Positions 16,709 to 24,666 are shown, counted from the stretch's first letter. The stretch: DNA of 32,000 bases from Candidatus Saccharimonadota bacterium (GCF_965196625.1 NZ_OZ239769.1:960001-992000); one strand, 5' to 3'. The notes: generated by a model not told the origin, from the sequence alone. Made by a program: numbers and translations.

Positions 16709-17362
16709 ATGTATAAAACAGTATTACAAAGATCTATTCTACACGTAAATTCTACTTTACATATTACCTTATTTTATATAACGGCTGCAGCTAACTGTAC
16801 CCCCGTATCTAAGCAAACAGAAAACGCATCCACGCCGCCTACAACAATATCCCACAAGGGAGCAGCAGCACCAAAAGAGCCTATCTATAATGCTCCTAAT
16901 CAAAAAGAAATTAAAGAGCATAAGGAGAAAGAGAAGGAGAAGGAAATAAAAAAAGAAGACGAAGATAAGGAATGTGACTCCGAGTATGGTACATCTGATA
17001 AGGAGAACTATGAACTTGATTATGACGATAGACTAGACCTGGAAAGAAGGGAATTAAAAAAAAATCCATTGAAAAAATATACAGAAAAAGTAAAAGAAAC
17101 AGTAACAGAACCTTTCAAAAAGAAAACGGCGGAGCTCTATAAGCTAAAACACGAACAAATTCAAATTGATAATCAACTAAGAGATATAGATCAAAAGATG
17201 ACTCAGAATTCTAGCCCTAAACAGATAAGGGAAATGGTCAAAGAACGCAACCGCCTTGAAAAGGAGCGAGAAAAAGTGGTCGAACAAAGAAAAAAAGAAG
17301 AAAAAAAATTAGAGGAGTATGCTAATAAAAAAGAACAAAAAAAAATGAAAAAATCCCAATAA
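16709..17362 (+). CDS. secreted or membrane-anchored Lys/Glu-rich low-complexity protein
   Basis: The 217-aa ORF has a hydrophobic N-terminus (LHITLFYITAAANC). The rest contains KEKEKEKEIKKEDEDKE and a charged, coiled-coil-like C-terminus. I recognise no family. Confidence 0.5.
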   Translation: MYKTVLQRSILHVNSTLHITLFYITAAANCTPVSKQTENASTPPTTISHKGAAAPKEPIYNAPNQKEIKEHKEKEKEKEIKKEDEDKECDSEYGTSDKENYELDYDDRLDLERRELKKNPLKKYTEKVKETVTEPFKKKTAELYKLKHEQIQIDNQLRDIDQKMTQNSSPKQIREMVKERNRLEKEREKVVEQRKKEEKKLEEYANKKEQKKMKKSQ

Positions 17363-17414
17363 GCCATCATCAAAATCATTTTACCAATTCTATATCAAGG
17401 GTATAGATTTGAAT

Positions 17415-17821
17415 AGATCGTATTTCTTCAGCCAATGGTAGGGTCGAGCAATGGCGCGGTAGTATTACCCCCGTTTCCATTGCCCGCCTCATTAAGCGCA
17501 GCATACAGATCTCCCGTACTACGTTTTCCTGATCCCTTCTTATCATCGCCTATGGCCTATCTAATAGTTTTGCTTTCAGCGTTGACGCTTACACCACCTT
17601 GAACTATAGAAACCCATGCTTTAGACATATTTTGTCAGCTTTAGCTTTGATGTATATGCTCCTTCTCAGGTCTTGTTATGTTAGGTGATTTTATCATACC
17701 ACATTTACATCCCTTATTATTCGAGCAATGTTATCAGCAGGGCGCCTTCGCTCCACAGCTATTAACTTTTAGTCTAGTAGGACTTTCACCTACTGGTACA
17801 TACTAGCCTCTCTAGACACAC
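17415..17821 (-). mobile_element. probable group II intron 5' fragment (domain I-III region), ORF and 3' domains missing
   Basis: The minus strand starts GTGTGTCTAGAGAGGCTAGTATGTACCAGTAGGTGAAAGTCCTACTAGAC, which fits the GUGYG 5' consensus followed by nested hairpins. About 400 nt have visibly higher GC than the flanks, and no ORF of 60 aa or more occurs on either strand. The lower boundary is approximate. Confidence 0.45.
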
Positions 17822-18000
17822 GCATCAACTTAAGGAATATGTATAATAATTTTTGATTGATTATAAGGTATTTTTATCTTACTTTTTGCTTTTTTTGGGG
17901 CAATTTTGCGATATAGTTGAATGAATACAATATTTATGTATAAAGTTGGGGTAGTGTTGCCAAAAGGCCAAATAGATATAAATTAAGGTGCGAGGGGTAT

Positions 18001-18092
18001 GCTGGCCGCCGATAAAAAGTTTGGCACACAGTAAAGGTAAGGAAACGAACTACAAGTCTACTGAAGCGCCAAGTTTTTTATCGGCGGCCAGC
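18001..18092. repeat. GC-rich palindromic element, complete copy (25-nt arms, 42-nt loop)
   Basis: The left arm gctggccgccgataaaaagtttggc is at 18001-18025 and the right arm gccaagttttttatcggcggccagc is at 18068-18092. They are complementary at 23 of 25 positions. Half copies occur at 29605-29655 and 31920-31960. Confidence 0.8.
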
Positions 18093-18358
18093 AGCGATTT
18101 AACTTAACGCAATAGGAACAACCGCCCATAAAATAATATTTTATATTTATAATCAATAAGATATACTAATTAAGTTGACACCATTGGCTGAATGAAATTG
18201 CTAGACCCTACTATAGGTTGCAAAAAACTAAAAAATTTATTATAATAAAATTATCGTATAGTTAATAACTATTCAAATTATACCGATGGTTATTGCAGAA
18301 TAGCCATTCTAAAATGTAATAATCTTAGTTCTAAACATTAATTAAAACAGGATCTACT

Positions 18359-18484
18359 ATGAATATTGAAAATATAATCGCCGCTATCGCACCATCTGAT
18401 ATTGCTAAAGCGGAACAACAAGTACTTATTATGGAAAATGAGCATCAAGATGCTAAATTTAATATGCTTGCTTTTTCAGAATAA
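18359..18484 (+). CDS. 41-aa small ORF, candidate precursor peptide
   Basis: The ORF runs from ATG at 18359 to TAA at 18482-18484 and encodes MNIENIIAAIAPSDIAKAEQQVLIMENEHQDAKFNMLAFSE. It lies 180 nt upstream of, and co-directional with, the HExxH and ABC genes, and a hairpin follows it. The ORF track omits it because it is under 60 aa. Coding status is unproven. Confidence 0.35.
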   Translation: MNIENIIAAIAPSDIAKAEQQVLIMENEHQDAKFNMLAFSE

Positions 18485-18535
18485 ACAGTATTGTTTGTAC
18501 TAGTATAGGTGAATAAGAATTCTATCTACAATCAG

Positions 18536-18558
18536 TAGCATTGAGTCATTCAATGCTA
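18536..18558 (+). terminator. 9-bp stem-loop after the small ORF (possible attenuator or leaky terminator)
   Basis: The sequence is tagcattga, loop gtcat, then tcaatgcta, followed by ttggtttatt. Confidence 0.35.
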
Positions 18559-18665
18559 TTGGTTTATTATGTATTATGCAAATTAAAAAAAGTAGCATGT
18601 TTTATTTTTGAATTGCATATAGTTTTTATTTTATTTTTAAAAAAAATAATATTATATACTTTCAT

Positions 18666-19544
18666 ATGTTCAATCTATTCGGGATAGAAGAAACTATTAA
18701 AAATGTTTATATCCTATCCAAAAAATTTATGAATTGCAGTAATATATCTAATACAAATGAATTAAAGCCATTTTATCTTAAGTTTTTAAAAGATCATCAA
18801 CCAGCCCAACCTATCCCAGATACATTATCTGTATCTTTTATTGCAGATACTACTGGAATATGGCAGAAATTAAATCCAGAAAGTGATGACAATGCATTAG
18901 ATGATATGCATCAACAGTCTATGGTTGGAGAAGCTTATCCAACTCATGAACAAGAACAACATCTAGAAGCACTTAAACTAGGGTATCTCTAGCTTACGGA
19001 ATCAAATGCTGAATTAAAAGAACTCTTTGATCTAATCATCCATACTGTATTTTTGAGAAAAAGCAGAAAAATAGATAAGTATACTTCGTTTGGCGGATCA
19101 TCTTCTGCTGGCATAGGTCTGATTTGGATAAGTGGTCACGGAGCACTAGATCGAGAAGATATTGCTGAATTACTATTACATGAGTTAACCCATCATCAAC
19201 TATTTATTGACGAGCGTTGTCATATGCACTATAACTATGCAGCGTTGTGCAAACCAGAAAACTTCTCTAGCTCTGCTATTTTAAACAAAAAACGGCCTTT
19301 AGATAAGGTTGTCCATAGCATTATTGTGGCCACAGAGATTATCTTAGCAAGGAATAGATTTTTGCCTCAGCAAGAGACAAAAGTTCATGGAACTTCGAAG
19401 AATTTAATGGATAAAACATTGACTGCTATTAAAGAAACTATGCGTATGGCTAATATTAATGAGCTACTAAGCGAAAGAACATGGAAGATACTGGAAACAG
19501 CAGAGGCATCTCTAAGAAAAATAAAGGATAAATTACTATCCTAA
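18666..19544 (+). pseudogene. HExxH-motif putative peptide-modification enzyme (HEXXH-domain / aKG-HExxH hydroxylase-like), one in-frame TAG
   Basis: The track ORFs 18666-18992 and 19053-19544 are in the same frame (offset 387 nt). They are separated only by a TAG at 18990-18992, and the intervening codons LTESNAELKELFDLIIHTVF are open. HELTH is at 19179-19193, and KRPLDKVVHSII lies downstream. Confidence 0.6.
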
Positions 19545-19594
19545 ATCATCTAATATTCTAGTAGAAAGCGTAGCATTTTAAGAAAAATAAACAT

Positions 19595-20980
19595 ATGCAT
19601 TACTTATTTAACAATAAGTTTTTTATTTACAGTGTTTCCTTAGTTTTCTTACAACAAGTGGTTATTGGATGTTCCACTTACTATATTGGGTTAGCAGGTC
19701 AGGCTATTGCGTATAACCCAATGATTGTCCTTAGATACATCACGCTATTTTTTTTATTAATAGCCTTGGCCTATCTCCTAGGAGCATGTTCTCTATTCTT
19801 TCAGACTAAGTTGTCTAATTTTTGTTGGGAGCATTATTACAAGAAAATTTTTCAGGAATTAAGTAAGGATATTAGCTTAGCAACCGACCATAATAAAATA
19901 AAAACTCAGAACTGGATAGCTGGGGAGTCTTTCCAAACTTTTCAAGAAGCTAGCCACATTTTTGTAGATGGCGTTTCTGTTTTTTTGAATATACTTTTTA
20001 CGATTATCGCCTTTAAATGTGTATTAGGCATAAAGGCATCTCTAGCAGTTTGCTCGGCTTTGGTTCTTGCTGCACTATCGATGAGGCTAGCAAAGCCCTT
20101 GATCTATAAACTATCCAATCAAATACAGTCGCAGAAACTAGATGCTTTACATGCTGTTCATCTCATTTGGGATAATCTATTTTTTGGTAATAAACATTAT
20201 GAACAGGCAGCACAGCGCATAGCTAAACAGCCTATAGAACAACTATTTGTATTGATACAACGGCATAAGATAATAGAGCAACTATTTAGCTGCCTACCTA
20301 TTTTAATCGCTATCTCGATCATCATTATAGTAGCACGACATCAGGTACTTAGCCACCTGGGTTCTTTAGGAGCACTTGTAGCGATACTTCCACGATCTTT
20401 GCAGTTATTGCAAAATATTCATACACTCTGTACTAGCTTAAACAATATGGTATTCTTGCATACCAAAATCGGTAACCTTGATAGATTTGTGGAACAATTG
20501 CCTAAGCAACCATTGACTGGTCCATTAGATTGTGCAGCTATCATGTTTAATTGTCTTAAAGGTCCTACTAACCAAGCTTGGAACGCAAAGTTATTTCTAG
20601 ATCATGTTAATCGTGGTGATCTGCCTCAAGGAAGATTTCTAATAACGGGCAGCAATGGGAGTGGTAAATCATCTCTATTAAGACGTATTAAAAAAAAATA
20701 TCCTGAAGCGATTCTATGGGGGCCTAACATTATCCTTGGTATAAAAAAGATAGAAGGATCAATTGGAGAGCAGCACTGGCAGATTTTGCTAAATATTTTG
20801 CAAAACAGTGAAAGTAGCTTACTATTACTGGATGAGTGGGACAGTGCTTTAGATCACTTGCATACCAAAGCTATCGATGAACGACTTGATGCGCTTGCGC
20901 ATGATCATACCATACTTGAAGTGCGTCATAAACATATGAATTATGTTTCTATTGAAAGCTGTGACAAAAAAAGTTATTAA
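19595..20980 (+). CDS. ABC exporter, fused permease + compact ATP-binding domain
   Basis: The 461-aa ORF has about 290 aa with 5-6 hydrophobic helices. It then has Walker A (GSNGSGKSS), a signature-like SIGEQ, Walker B/D-loop (LLLLDEWDSALD) and an H-loop candidate (EVRHKH). Only about 30 aa separate Walker A from the signature. Confidence 0.75.
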   Translation: MHYLFNNKFFIYSVSLVFLQQVVIGCSTYYIGLAGQAIAYNPMIVLRYITLFFLLIALAYLLGACSLFFQTKLSNFCWEHYYKKIFQELSKDISLATDHNKIKTQNWIAGESFQTFQEASHIFVDGVSVFLNILFTIIAFKCVLGIKASLAVCSALVLAALSMRLAKPLIYKLSNQIQSQKLDALHAVHLIWDNLFFGNKHYEQAAQRIAKQPIEQLFVLIQRHKIIEQLFSCLPILIAISIIIIVARHQVLSHLGSLGALVAILPRSLQLLQNIHTLCTSLNNMVFLHTKIGNLDRFVEQLPKQPLTGPLDCAAIMFNCLKGPTNQAWNAKLFLDHVNRGDLPQGRFLITGSNGSGKSSLLRRIKKKYPEAILWGPNIILGIKKIEGSIGEQHWQILLNILQNSESSLLLLDEWDSALDHLHTKAIDERLDALAHDHTILEVRHKHMNYVSIESCDKKSY

Positions 20981-21025
20981 CCTTCTTTATTAAGCCTTAC
21001 CCACTCTGTCTCTTTAGGTTATAGC

Positions 21026-22045
21026 CTAGAGCGTGTCGCGATAAGAGGCATCCTCTTCGATCCGACTGCGCACAAGGTGTTCAATACCGGCCTGCAATGG
21101 AATAGATGGCTGCCATCCTAGTGTTTCTTTAACCCTTGTACAATCAAGTGCATAGCGTCTATCCTGGCCTATTCTTTCAGCAATGAAATGGATAAAAGAA
21201 GTGTACGATTTCCCACTTAGTAGTTTCAAACGATCCAGGATTTCACAAATCATCGATGCAATTTCAAGGTTGGTCCGCTCTTGATTGGCACCAATATTAT
21301 AAGATGCCCCACTTTCACCTTTGTGAAAAATGCAATCGATAGCCCTACAATGGTCCTCCACATGCAACCAATCCCGAATACTACTTCCATCTCCATGCAA
21401 TGGAATAGGCTTCTGTTGTAATGCATTTTCCAGAACCATAGGCATAAGTTTTTCTGGATATTGATGCCGTCCATAATTATTGGTCGAACGGGTAATAACG
21501 GTATCTAACCCATAGGTATGGGTATAACACCTCACTAGACATTCCCCTGCAGCCTTGCTGGCACTATAAGGATTCGTTGGCGCAAGCGGATCGGATTCTG
21601 TAAATGGTTTATTATGATCATCTAAGGCACCATAGACTTCATCGGTAGAAACATATACAAAGCGATGATTGAGCTTTCGTGGCTGACTTGGTCCTTTAAA
21701 CCAATGGCTATAAGCTGCATGTAACAGTAGGCCAGTCCCCTCTATATTGGTCTTTATAAAAAGATGGGGATCAATAATTGACCTATCTACATGCGACTCA
21801 GCAGCGAAATGAATAACCGCATCAAAGTTAAATTTTTGGAATAATGACAAGACCAATGCAAAGTTGGTTATATCTCCTTCTACAAAATAGTAGTTTGGCC
21901 GCTCCTGAAGTGCAAAAGATATACGCGCCGCATAGGTAAGTTTATCTAGGTTAACAATGTAATAATCAGGATATTTTTTTAAAAACAATTTAATACAGTG
22001 GGCACCTATAAAGCCAGCTCCACCCGTTACCAATAAATTGCGCAT
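21026..22045 (-). CDS. rfbB: dTDP-glucose 4,6-dehydratase
   Basis: The N-terminus is LVTGGAGFIGAH (Rossmann fold). The catalytic region is STDEVYG...YSASKAA (YxxxK). The length of 339 aa and the overall pattern fit the RmlB family. Confidence 0.92.
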   Translation of the reverse strand: MRNLLVTGGAGFIGAHCIKLFLKKYPDYYIVNLDKLTYAARISFALQERPNYYFVEGDITNFALVLSLFQKFNFDAVIHFAAESHVDRSIIDPHLFIKTNIEGTGLLLHAAYSHWFKGPSQPRKLNHRFVYVSTDEVYGALDDHNKPFTESDPLAPTNPYSASKAAGECLVRCYTHTYGLDTVITRSTNNYGRHQYPEKLMPMVLENALQQKPIPLHGDGSSIRDWLHVEDHCRAIDCIFHKGESGASYNIGANQERTNLEIASMICEILDRLKLLSGKSYTSFIHFIAERIGQDRRYALDCTRVKETLGWQPSIPLQAGIEHLVRSRIEEDASYRDTL

Positions 22046-22075
22046 GGAATGGTCATTTTATATTTTGGCCGGAAG

Positions 22076-22164
22076 CGGAGTAGGAGGGATTCGAACCCCC
22101 GGTACCTTTTTCAGGGTACACCCGTTTTCGAGACGGATACCTTCAACCACTCAGACACTACTCC
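22076..22164 (-). tRNA. tRNA-Ser (anticodon CGA)
   Basis: The reverse complement is GGAGTAGTGTCTGAGTGGTTGAAGGTATCCGTCTCGAAAACGGGTGTACCCTGAAAAAGGTACCGGGGGTTCGAATCCCTCCTACTCCG. The acceptor stem is 7 bp. The anticodon loop CTCGAAA gives anticodon CGA. A long variable arm (TACC.../...GGTA) and the TTCGAAT T-loop are present. Confidence 0.9.
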
Positions 22165-22201
22165 AGTCAACGATAGGGATCAAGCAATAGTATAATCCCC
22201 C

Positions 22202-23197
22202 CTACTTCAATCTCCTTTTAGCAAACTTTATAACGCTACGCAATGCTTTAGGATGCGCAAGTATAGCCTTAGACTTTGGAACAGGTATGTTCCATACATA
22301 AGCACTATGAAAAGCATCTTTAATAAAAAATCTTGTGAAATTTTTCTTGCTTTTCTTGCTTTCAGACAAAATACCAAACGCATGCTGACTAAAAAGTGGC
22401 ACCTGCATATCATGGTAGCTATTATTAGGATATGCTTCACCCACCACAAAAAAAGTATAGAGCGCATTTAAAGCCTTAAAACAATGTCCGCTTCCCTTAG
22501 GTAGCAACGCCTCAAAATTACCTTGACCCCCTCCTATTGCTAGGATAGGAACTTTTTCATCAAAAAGGTTTTTTTTAACCTCAGCTAAAAAATCACTACC
22601 TGGCATTAAGTCTTTACCTCCAGGGAAAAGACATACGGATTGGTTGTTTTCTACATTTACCATAAGCTGCTTTTCAAGCTCATTTTCAGCATAACCAAGA
22701 CCAACTGCAAGCATACGAATATCATCTACAACAGAATCTGTCAAATGCTGTGAGAGCACTGCAGGGTCTACCCTAGCACCAGGAGCCCCTTCCCATGGCG
22801 TAGCTAATGTAACCAGACCTCTTATACGTAGAAGATGTCCATATTGCTTTAGAAACGAATAAGCACGTAGGCCACCTTGACTATGACCGACCAGCAGGAT
22901 GGATTTGCTAGCTAAATCTTTTACCTTCTTAGAAAGTTCTCGATAGACCATTTTAGCTTGTTGTTTTATAGACAACTCTACGCTCTTCATACCTTCCACA
23001 CTGGTCGGCGCAATGATCGCATAAGCAGGAAGGGCTTTCTTAAGGCCTTGCTCCATCGTACTAAAAGAGGAAACTTTGTTGCCTAATCCATGAAATAAAA
23101 CAATTAATTTATCATTTTGATTTTTTGCTTGGGAAAAAGTGGGAACAAATAATAAACAAAAGAGCACCAACCTAGATATATAAAAGACGTATGACAT
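22202..23197 (-). CDS. secreted alpha/beta-hydrolase (lipase/esterase-like)
   Basis: The signal peptide is MSYVFYISRLVLFCLLFVPTFSQA. The nucleophile elbow is GHSQGG. The length is 331 aa. Confidence 0.75.
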   Translation of the reverse strand: MSYVFYISRLVLFCLLFVPTFSQAKNQNDKLIVLFHGLGNKVSSFSTMEQGLKKALPAYAIIAPTSVEGMKSVELSIKQQAKMVYRELSKKVKDLASKSILLVGHSQGGLRAYSFLKQYGHLLRIRGLVTLATPWEGAPGARVDPAVLSQHLTDSVVDDIRMLAVGLGYAENELEKQLMVNVENNQSVCLFPGGKDLMPGSDFLAEVKKNLFDEKVPILAIGGGQGNFEALLPKGSGHCFKALNALYTFFVVGEAYPNNSYHDMQVPLFSQHAFGILSESKKSKKNFTRFFIKDAFHSAYVWNIPVPKSKAILAHPKALRSVIKFAKRRLK

Positions 23198-23252
23198 AAG
23201 TGTATAAAAATCAAGTTACATATGGAATAAAATTCAAAACCAAAAAAATGCA

Positions 23253-24365
23253 CTAAAAAGTAATAGGCATAATTAATAAGAGCAACTGCTCCTGTTTATT
23301 TTCCATTTTAGGAAAAATTAAAACTGCTTTATTAGCCCCCCAGAAAAAGAACTCTACTTCTTCTGTGGTGATACTAGTAAGCATCTCTAGTAAAAGCTTT
23401 GCATTAAACCCTATTTCTAGGGGTAATCCTTCATATGTGCAAATAAGTTGTTCTTGTGCCTCATTGGAAAAATCCAAATCTTCTGCTGAAATGGTCAATT
23501 GATTATCTACAAGGGCCAATTTTACCTGATGGGTAGCCTTATTGGCATAAATCGAAACCCGCCTCAGCGCACTGACCAAAGCAGACTTGCTGATAGTAAG
23601 CTTACTGGTATGTTCCTTAGGTATGACATTTTCGTAGTCTGGATATCGTTCATCTACCAATCTGCTGATGACACTAATGTTATCAATAGTAAATTGAATT
23701 TTATGTCGATCAAAAACAAAACCAACCTTTTTATCTTTGCTAGTCAATAGGCTATTCAAAAGCATCAATGCCTTTTTAGGGACAATAATTGGACTTTGGG
23801 TAGATGCTGCCAGGTCTTCACGAATATAGCGAACCAATCGATGTCCATCCGTGGCGACAAAAGTAGCCATGGCATGGGTGAGTTCTATATATACACCAGA
23901 CATAGCAGGTTTTAACTCATCATTACTGGTTGCAAATATGGTTTTTTGTAAAATATTTTTCAAGACATCCACTTCTACCTCTAAGGTTATACCATCATCT
24001 AAAGTAGCTAGTTGTGGAAAATCACTGGCACTCTCCCCTGCCAATTTATACTGCCCATTATCAGATTTAATAGAAACCGTATAAGCATTTGGGTCAACTG
24101 CCAATTGAATAGGTTGTTCGGGCAGATTTTTAACCGTATCAAGCAACATACGAGCAGGTATGGCCACACTGACTTGCGCATCGGATTGAATCGCCAAAGC
24201 AGCACTAACAGAAGTCTGTAAATCTGATGCGGTAACGACCAAACGATTATGATCTATCTGAAAAAGAAAATTTTCTAAAATTGGCACAACTGGATTACGG
24301 GTTATCACTCCACTAATGGCAGTTAGCTGCTGTGACAACAAAGCCGATGATATGGTAAACTCCAT
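23253..24365 (-). CDS. dnaN: DNA polymerase III beta sliding clamp
   Basis: The 370-aa ORF begins MEFTISSALLSQQL...VVPILENFLF... It has a three-domain beta-clamp length and pattern, including TDGHRL and a C-terminal LIMPI. It ends with TAG at 23253-23255. Confidence 0.96.
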   Translation of the reverse strand: MEFTISSALLSQQLTAISGVITRNPVVPILENFLFQIDHNRLVVTASDLQTSVSAALAIQSDAQVSVAIPARMLLDTVKNLPEQPIQLAVDPNAYTVSIKSDNGQYKLAGESASDFPQLATLDDGITLEVEVDVLKNILQKTIFATSNDELKPAMSGVYIELTHAMATFVATDGHRLVRYIREDLAASTQSPIIVPKKALMLLNSLLTSKDKKVGFVFDRHKIQFTIDNISVISRLVDERYPDYENVIPKEHTSKLTISKSALVSALRRVSIYANKATHQVKLALVDNQLTISAEDLDFSNEAQEQLICTYEGLPLEIGFNAKLLLEMLTSITTEEVEFFFWGANKAVLIFPKMENKQEQLLLLIMPITF

Positions 24366-24666
24366 AGTTATTTTTTTATGATTTGTAGATGGGGACTATG
24401 CTGCTACCAAGGGAGTTTTTATCTACCTTTTTGATGCTTCACAGCTACTGAACGAAGGCTATAGCCATTTTGCATCTCCTAAAATAAATAAAGTACACCC
24501 CTGTGCTTCACAGCTATTTATAGTGCCTACCTAAATTAGGCTTGTAAAAGCAATACAATTTAAAAAAAAATTTTAAAAAGTTTGATTTTTGCCTGCTGAA
24601 TAATAAGTCAACTTTATTTTTTTCCAAAAAGGGTTCCTCATTACTTAATAAAAAAGAGGGAAATAG

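Noticed and set aside
17415-17821. I considered whether the GC-rich non-coding segment is RNase P RNA, suggested by the GGTGAAAGTCC string, or a cobalamin riboswitch.
   Set aside because: It lacks the RNase P P4 strands (GAGGAAAGUCCGGGC / ACAGAA...) and the B12-box context. The 5' GTGTG and its similarity to 6713-6750 fit an intron fragment better.
18990-18992. I considered whether the recurrent in-frame TAG/TAA codons (7043, 7502, 16161, 18990) reflect stop-codon reassignment or programmed read-through.
   Set aside because: TAG terminates dnaN (23253-23255) and paralogue A (8141-8143). TAA terminates rho and serS, and TGA terminates fic. All three stops are therefore used normally. Nonsense mutation in decaying genes is the simpler explanation.
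21250-24221. Nested or antisense ORFs lie in rfbB, the hydrolase gene and dnaN: 21250-21474, 22228-22471, 23499-23750, 23851-24084 and 24008-24221.
   Set aside because: They are shadow ORFs of well-supported genes.
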